This document shows, one piece after another, positions 56,163-64,000 of a DNA stretch of 64,000 nucleotides; position 1 is the first letter of the stretch, and every line of letters starts with the position of its first letter. The notes beneath the pieces were generated by a model, which ran no database searches, was not told the DNA's origin, and saw only the letters and a program-made list of their open reading frames with translations. This DNA comes from Paramecium tetraurelia. Taxonomy: Eukaryota. The translations under genes and the position numbers were made by a program. Where the stretch lies: positions 1 to 64,000 of the forward strand of contig CT868656.1 of NCBI GenBank assembly GCA_000165425.1, given 5' to 3'.

Positions 56163-56425
56163 CCCAACCCTCTAAAAAAAAAGGAGAAGAGGCGGAGGTT
56201 TTTTTTATTAACATAATAAAGCCTTAAGACCATTTGGTGATTCAATTTTTTTCTTTTTCGCGATGCTTGTATATAATCTAGTATAACAATGTAATATAGA
56301 ATATAATAATATATAAATGCAATTGATATTAATTACTTTAGGATATATATATTTAACCCCCTTCATTTTTATTGTCAATAAGAACATTATTCCTAATTAA
56401 TTCCATAATTAAAAATAGTTCTTCA

Positions 56426-57594
56426 ATGTATCTTCAAAGTTCTAAATATCAGGTTCTCTCAATGATTGGATAAGGTTCAGCACATGTAGTGTTTAAAGCT
56501 GAGCACAATATAACCTAAAAGCTATTCGCGATTAAAATGGAAAAATATCCTAATTCAGGTCAAATCGATGGTGAAATTAAAGCCCTAAAAGAGTTAGACT
56601 AAATTGGAGGTATCCCAAATTTAATACACCACGGAATGACCTCAGAGAATAAGTATTAACTTTAAAATAAATTTAGGTGCTTTCTTATTTTGCCTCTACT
56701 AAACTGTAGCTTGCGTGAATTAGTGAAATCTTAATAGTTATCTTTATCTTAAACATTGGCTATAGGATTGAGTCTCATTGAAACTTTGGAAAAAGTTCAT
56801 TAAAAAAACATTTTGCATTTGGATATTAAACTAGAAAATATTATGGTATCATAGAAATTATAAAAAAATTCAAAAGAGTAACTTCTTTAGCCTGGATTTA
56901 TTCAACTTATAGATTTTGGGTTGTCTCAAACTTTAGGAAATTCAAAATTCTTAAAAAATGTATTTATTGGTTCATTGAACTTCGCCAGCAGAGCATCCCA
57001 CAAAGGAGAGTCATTAGGGTATAAAGATGACTTAGAAAGTCTATTTTATGTGTTAGTCTATTTGAGAAATTGTATTTATCATTATTAACTCTAGGTAAAT
57101 TGCCGTGGTCTCAAAAGCCTTCTATGGGATGTAAAAATATGGATATCAAATTCATAGGAGAAATGAAGGCATCCATATTTAATACTATGGTATTATGCCA
57201 AAAATTTCCTTTGGAATTCTCCAAATTTATGCAATACATTGATGAACTCAAACATTATTAAATGCCAGATTATACTTACATTAAGGAATTGTTTATAAAA
57301 ATGTTGCAAAATACATCTTTATCACCAATAATGGACTAATTTTTGAATTACTCTCCTGTTCAATCGATTAATCAACTTGGGAGTTCGGAGAAGATTCTGA
57401 TTCGAGTTGAATAAAATCTTCCAAACAACAATTCAATAGAAACTTAAATTTAAGATGATATAATAGATGTCGAAGCTAAAGTCGTGCATTTATCTGACTT
57501 GATTGGAAAATACACAACCATTTAAATCAAGTCTATTTAGACATTAAATATTGAATATGATTATAATTCTTCTAATTTATGTATAACAAAATGA
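56426..57594 (+). CDS. Casein kinase 1-like Ser/Thr kinase (divergent)
   Basis: IGQGSAHVVF, AIKME, HLDIKLENI, IDFGLS, GSLNFASRASH, KDDLESLFYVL, GKLPW. Confidence 0.92.
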
Positions 57595-58124
57595 CTCACA
57601 TAGATTATAGATTATTAATTGATTAACAATTTATTGAATTATTATTCAATTTATTAATATGAATTAAATTGTAATTCACTACAATTAAATATAATATTGT
57701 CTTTTATAAATTTTCTTAATTAAAATTTATATGTGATTTTGACCTTTATGAAAATTATCTCACGAAAATTTGTAATAGACTATGAAATCATTGTATTCTA
57801 TCATTTATTTTTTAGAGTGGCATTATGGTTTTATATTTTCACCTATGAATTTGCAATTTCATAGATTTCAACCAAATAACATTTATTTTGATTACTATCT
57901 CTAAATCTTAATAAAGATGAATTATTATGAAAAATATGACCAAAACAAAGCTTAATACTGAGTTTCAAAATATTCATTCTATGATAAATAGCATTTTTTG
58001 AAAATGCACCTCACAAATTTTGAACTGTCATAAGGTTCATATATTTTTAAATTAATGCTATTCTATAAATTTTTCTATAATTAATTAAAAGTAATATGAG
58101 AAATTAAATTAAATAATTGAATTA

Positions 58125-58597
58125 ATGGGTTAAATTTCTTGCTTTTAAGGAAATGAGTTAACGGAGTTCAATGTAATGTTACTAGGTCCATCAGGATCAG
58201 GGAAGACTAGGATAGTGACAGAAAAGACATTAGGACCTACAATTAGTAATGAAATATTTAATTCAAAGAATTAGAAAAGCACTTAGTAAAAGTTAATGAT
58301 ACGCACGGGTTGAATTTTTATGACACACCTGGAATATTTAGTTTATTCAAATAATGTCTAAATTACGATATTATATAAAGTGTTGATATAATTGTATGCT
58401 TCCCTAATTCTGAATAATACAAGGAGTATATTAAGGAGATTTTGTAGAATAATACCAAGTTGTTCAAATAGATTCCATTTTATGATATTCCAGGTGATTT
58501 AGAAGCAAAGGAGATAAGAAATAATATATATTTATTTATTTTGTCATAAAGTAAAAGAAAGTCAAAAAAGCCTAGTTATAATTAAGAAATTGTATGA
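58125..58597 (+). CDS. Atypical small Arf/Arl-like P-loop GTPase
   Basis: MGQISC N-terminus, VMLLGPSGSGKT, PTI, FYDTPG; one 23-nt intron; no NKxD. Confidence 0.7.
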
Positions 58598-59417
58598 TTT
58601 CATTAAATTTATTGTTTATGTTTTTTTATTTAAATGATAATCATTCATTTATATATTATGGAAAGATAAAAATCAGATTCGTAAACTCAACATGTGTATG
58701 AGATCAGTTTGAGTAATTTATAAATGTATTAAATATCCAACAATGTTATTTTTGTTAAATATTAGATTTTCAACAAATGTCAATTAATTTAAATTGTGAT
58801 AGGTATCTATGCATCCTATCTGAATTTGAATTATCAAATTATTATTATTTATTAAAACCATATTTATTGAATTTCCTTTCAAGCTTGTCGTAACTTGTTT
58901 TCTTTTTCATATATATTTTGTACTAGATTATGAAACTAGTGTATTTAATAATTATCCTTTAATTTTAATCTTTAATTCGAAAGATTTCTTAATATATAAT
59001 ATTAAAATCTTCTTTTCTGGGTTGTTTGCTTAATTTTTTCTTTACTGATGTTATCTCAATACACACATCTTCTAATATCAGGCAAGCAAAGCCTAAGAAT
59101 TTAAATATCTACTTGCGTGATAGTTCAATTAAGAAAAATACTACTTATGTCATTATAGAAGGAGAATATAACTATAATTTATGAGTTAGATCTTAAAAAT
59201 ATAGGTAGGTGACTCCAATTCAAAAACTTCAATTAACTTTCAAGTTTTAAAGTTGTAATTATTCATTGGTTATTGGATAGATTTCCAATTTAGGAAGGTA
59301 ATCTAAAATATTTTTATATAATTTTACTTAAGGCATATGAGTTTGGATGGCTCAGAAATTTTAAGAGGCACATATTAAACTAATCCCATATATTTATTAT
59401 ATATTAATTATAAATTT

Positions 59418-59903
59418 ATGAGTGAAGATGAATCAACTAATGGGAAATTCGATTATTTAAAAGCCAAATATGTTTTTAGATTTCCTTTTACAGTTACTGC
59501 ATTAAAATGGGGATTTGGTTTGGGTACATTTTTTGGAATTCATTAATACATAAAATCAAGGGATGGAATGGCAAGTATGAGATGGTTTATCTGGGGCAAT
59601 GTTTTAACTACTTTACCTATTTGGGGATTTTTTATGATGAAATATTCGTTCTATAGCAGTGCATTAAGAAAGTTTGAATCTGAACAATCAAGATAATATG
59701 AAATTTAAGGATTAACGAGAGTTTACTTGGCTAATAAGATGGGGATTGACCCAGAATGCAGTGATGAGGATCTTTTGAAGTAAGGCTTATTTTGATGTTT
59801 TAGAGAATATCAGAAAAAGAGCGAAAAGATAAAGGAGAAATTTAATTTATTAGATGAGTTGTTGGTGGGGGTTGACTTTTCTTAATTTGATTTTCCTAAG
59901 TGA
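59418..59903 (+). CDS. Small two-TM protein, possibly COX20-like mitochondrial
   Basis: FPFTVTALKWGFGLGTFFGIHQY...RWFIWGNVLTTLPIWGF followed by a charged tail; one tiny intron. Confidence 0.6.
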
Positions 59904-60048
59904 ATTATTTAATTTTTATATTGATTTGGAACCACTATAAACAATTTACCATCACATAATTAATTGAATAATTTTATTAAAATAATTGCATATGGTTTTA
60001 TTATCCTTAACGTATTTTTTACTATTTAAAAAGCATTCATGTAAAAAT

Positions 60049-60507
60049 NNNNNNNNNNNNNNNNNNNNNNNNNNNNNNNNNNNNNNNNNNNNNNNNNNNN
60101 NNNNNNNNNNNNNNNNNNNNNNNNNNNNNNNNNNNNNNNNNNNNNNNNNNNNNNNNNNNNNNNNNNNNNNNNNNNNNNNNNNNNNNNNNNNNNNNNNNNN
60201 NNNNNNNNNNNNNNNNNNNNNNNNNNNNNNNNNNNNNNNNNNNNNNNNNNNNNNNNNNNNNNNNNNNNNNNNNNNNNNNNNNNNNNNNNNNNNNNNNNNN
60301 NNNNNNNNNNNNNNNNNNNNNNNNNNNNNNNNNNNNNNNNNNNNNNNNNNNNNNNNNNNNNNNNNNNNNNNNNNNNNNNNNNNNNNNNNNNNNNNNNNNN
60401 NNNNNNNNNNNNNNNNNNNNNNNNNNNNNNNNNNNNNNNNNNNNNNNNNNNNNNNNNNNNNNNNNNNNNNNNNNNNNNNNNNNNNNNNNNNNNNNNNNNN
60501 NNNNNNN
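60049..60507. other. Assembly gap with overlapping low-quality flanks
   Basis: N run; ~59925-60047 is a noisy copy of ~60533-60648. Confidence 0.9.
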
Positions 60508-60694
60508 TAGCCCCTTCCCCTACGTTTTTCGTGATTTGGTAGCACTATAAACTAATTAGCATCATATAATTAATTGAATAATTTATTAAAATATTGCATA
60601 TGGTTTATTATCATTACGTATTTTTACTATTTAAAAAGCATTCTTGTATAAATTCATGGCATACATTTATTATTTTATTCAAATTAATCTTTGC

Positions 60695-62026
60695 ATGGAA
60701 GGAATTATAAACTAAGCAAAACATTATGTTGGAACTATTCAACAAGCAGCCAAACACTATGCGGTTGACAACATCTACATTCTGAGTGGCTATAGAGTTA
60801 ACTATTCTACTCCTTGGCTAGTGCTAAAGTCACTCTTTTAGAAACACAATGAACTTGTCAATGTTTGGACACATGTTATAGGATCATTTCTAACATTCCT
60901 ATTAATTATTTACATTGTTAGTTATCATTATGATCACAGACAAAGAATTGAATAGGACATTGATCAAATATTTAGTTTTAATTCAACACTAACCCCAAAT
61001 TCAATTAGCAGCCAAAACATTATAACTGATAGACAAAAATATGAAGAAATTTTTAATAAACTTGATCATTTTCAGAATTCGATGCTTACGTCTGAGACAT
61101 ATAAAGAGATAGTCCATTTAATGAAAATTACAGTAGATATACTCAATTTTGAGGAAGTAGCTGAATATGCAGTTGTATTCTAAAATAAATTTAATTTATT
61201 TAAAGATAAAATAATTTAAGAAGTAAAGTGTTATTTAATGTAAATAGATCGACAGCGAACAATTTGATTGGGTTGAAATCTATAAGCATGACTATTCCCA
61301 TACCTCCATTTTCAAATAGGAGCAATTTTTAAGAAATAATACTGATCCTTATCATGTATCAAGATGGCCAATAATTGTATTTTTGGTGAGTGGATTAATG
61401 TGCATGGCTGGATCAGCATTATTCCATTTATTTTATTAGATGAGTGAAGAAGCTAATAAATATCTTATGAGGGTTGATTACGGAGGTATCTCTCTACTTA
61501 TTCTGGGGTCTTGTTTCCCTCCATTTTATTATGGATTTTATTGCGATGCATTTTTGAGATATTTTTACCTTATCACAGTAGGATCTGCATGTTTAGCTGC
61601 TTACATAGTTTCTATCTTTGATTTCATTCATACTGAAAAGTGGAGAAAAGTTAAAGGACTCATGTATGGATCTTTAGGATTATTTGCAGGTGTTCCAGCT
61701 GTCCATCTTTATTTAAGAGAGTATGAATTACTAATATCTTGATAGATTTTATAGATAGGATATTTCAGATTATTTACCATTTAAACATTCATTTTTATTC
61801 TATGTTTTGATGGGATCAAGTTACTTATTTGGATTGGCTTTGTATACTTTAAGAATTCCTGAGAGGTTTATGCCAGGCAAATTCGATATCCTTGTAATTA
61901 TTGATTTTATTTTAGGGCCATAGTCATTAATGGTGGCATTGTTTTGTTTTTTTAGGAGTATTTTTCCATTATTTTGGTTCTATCTATAACATGGGAGATA
62001 GAAAGTTTACATTTTGTCTTATATGA
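60695..62026 (+). CDS. PAQR / adiponectin-receptor (HlyIII) family protein
   Basis: DNIYILSGYR, HNELVNVWTH, SALFH, RVDYGGI, PERFMPGKFDILGHSHQWWH. Confidence 0.95.
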
Positions 62027-62057
62027 ATTATTTATTTATATAATTTTAAAGTATTAA

Positions 62058-63303
62058 TCAATTTTTTAGGTTTTAGTATTTAAATGAATTGGAACTAGGA
62101 GTTATATTTGAGAATGTCATCTCTCCAGTACTGAGTCTCTATTAATTATGTTTTTGGATTCCTTATAAGACTCTCTGGGCATTCTCTTTACCATTCGATC
62201 TGCCTCTTCTTTGGATCTCAGCATTCATCACAAATATCTAATTTTCCAAATTATTTATTATTATCTTATACTCTGCTACTTGTGACGATAATTCATTAGC
62301 CTATTGTTAAATGTCTTCCTAATAACTAAAAATGATACACTATAATATTATACTTTTGTCCTAATAGATCTAATTGATTTTACAATTGTAAGTTTTCAGA
62401 ATATAGTTGTTATGCTTGATTATGCACATCATTCACTTAGATTTCTAATTGATGTATGATTTCATTCTTATTTTCTAATTACGATTCAAACTCTTCTTAT
62501 AATTGTTATTTTTCTTAAGTGAATTATTCTACTATATTTGACAATTATTTCTAAAAATATTATTCAATTTCTTATTCTTTCTTGCTTAATTAATCAAATA
62601 AGTAATTGTTCTGTTCTTTTATTTCATTCATTTGATCTTATAATTCTTAATAGATGGATAGCTTAGATTCTGATGAGCTTTTGTTTTATAACTGAGCAAT
62701 CAATTATTATTATTCTTATTCCTTAATAAATACTTATAGTTTGTATTCTTAAAATTATAATTACAATGATTCTTATTCTTTATTCAACTTTTATAACAAT
62801 CTTTTTGTTTCCTCCAATTATTTTTCATACAAATCGTTTTATTGTATTAAATTCTCATTTTATAATTGTAGCTCTTCTAATTTTTATTCTAATTGATGAG
62901 TCTATTATAGGGAATTGTAATTTTCTTGATAATTATTTTAAATAATAGATTTTTCTAACTTTTATTGCAAATCCTTTTTCTCATTCAATAATTTAGAGAT
63001 TGTGCATTATTATTATGCCAATAGATTTTGATATTGTTCAAATTTCATTTCATAATAATACTTATCAGCATATGCTTAAGACAATCTCTAAATCTCATTT
63101 TCTTATAAACAGATAGATTTCTAAACTTCTGGGTCCTTACTTAGAATGACACTCTATTCATTGGTTTCTTGATCTATGTAAATAGTGCTATTGTCATCAA
63201 TGTTTGTAAACTAAGAAGTTTTCTAGAATAATTATTGATGCTCCTCAATGTAACTATGATCATTGGCTTTATTTTCATATGAATTTGTTTTATCAGTCAA
63301 CAT
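62058..63303 (-). CDS. Coiled-coil hypothetical protein
   Basis: Q/E/K/N-rich table-6 frame from MLTDKTNSYENK to ...FKYQNLKN-TGA. Confidence 0.7.
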
Positions 63304-63456
63304 TAACGAATTTATTTTATTAATTAAATATATATTAAATGTATCTAATACTAAGCTTATGTGTCATTTAACAACTGGAACTTGGTTGAGTTATTTAAGC
63401 TTATAAATAGATGTACATTATCTATTTTTATATACAAATAAAAAATTATTAAAGAA

Positions 63457-64000
63457 ATGTCTGAAAGTATCTAAAATAGAGTCTCTTCAATCTTTGAAAA
63501 ATTAAATAACATTTCCACTAGTGTTTAGGATGAGTAATAAATAATTTGATGTTTTAGAAAAAACAATCGTTTTCATGCAATTAGTTAATTGATCATGGCT
63601 TTTGAAGCACAATTGCAACATTAGTCAGATCAGAAGGAAGAGAAATTTATTTACATTGCAGCCAAAGTTAGACAGATAACTGAATTTTTAGAATAAGAAT
63701 AAGAGAAGTATTTATGATGATTCTAAATTAAGTCGTGAAAGACAAGAAACAGAAACTTTTAAATTGATTACAGACTTAGAAAGACATGCAAGAAGGTTGA
63801 TTGAATAAAACTCTAAAGAGAGAGTAGAATAAGAAAAAAAAATTGTTTATTCAATTGGATAATAAATAGAGTCCTTATAATAAGATGTAATTAAGGAAGG
63901 ATTGGTATTAATTGTGTTAATTTAGGCATAATCAACATCTCATGAATATATTGATTCATATTTGAATGAAGATTTACCAAAAATAGCAGATGAATTGTAA
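63457..64000 (+). CDS. SF-assemblin / striated (kinetodesmal) rootlet fibre protein, 3'-truncated by the window edge
   Basis: MSESIQNRVSSIFEKLNNISTSVQDEKNNRF...KERVEQEKKI...YLNEDLPKIADEL coiled-coil pattern; three tiny introns. Confidence 0.75.

Noticed and set aside
55850..56451. Apparent direct repeat flanking the gap, including a second kinase start
   Set aside because: The copy next to the Ns has noisy substitutions typical of low-quality read ends; the contigs simply overlap.
59925..60648. Apparent direct repeat around the third gap
   Set aside because: Same unmerged-overlap artefact.
759..61742. Supplied ORF track read as a set of small proteins
   Set aside because: It treats TAA/TAG as stops; entries are exon fragments, off-frame or antisense readings of larger table-6 genes, or N-gap artefacts.

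Overview
AT-rich eukaryotic DNA from a ciliate macronuclear assembly, almost certainly Paramecium. Genes read open only with the ciliate code (TAA/TAG = Gln, TGA = stop) and carry tiny 20-30 nt GT..AG introns, so the supplied standard-code ORF track is mostly fragments or antisense artefacts. I re-translated the window by hand with table 6. (1) An inverted pair of very large surface-receptor genes (furin-like Cys repeats, REJ-like region, GPS-like motif, multi-TM) at 1-7513 (+) and 30452-39625 (-). (2) Between them, a very compact block of 13 genes at 8033-25420: TMBIM/Lifeguard, an SDR lacking the catalytic Lys, S10 carboxypeptidase, two tandem zinc-finger paralogues, an Rdx-fold fusion, a P4-ATPase flippase, an OSCA/TMEM63-like channel and hypotheticals, followed by about 5 kb of decayed sequence. 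(3) A right half with an intron-rich MORN-variant repeat gene, a frameshifted amino-acid transporter, Nudix, TLDc, a CK1-like kinase, a truncated Arf-like GTPase, a COX20-like protein, PAQR, a coiled-coil protein and SF-assemblin, plus degenerate tracts and three N gaps. No rRNA, tRNA, CRISPR or telomeric repeats were recognised. Family calls rest on motif recognition by eye, not database searches.
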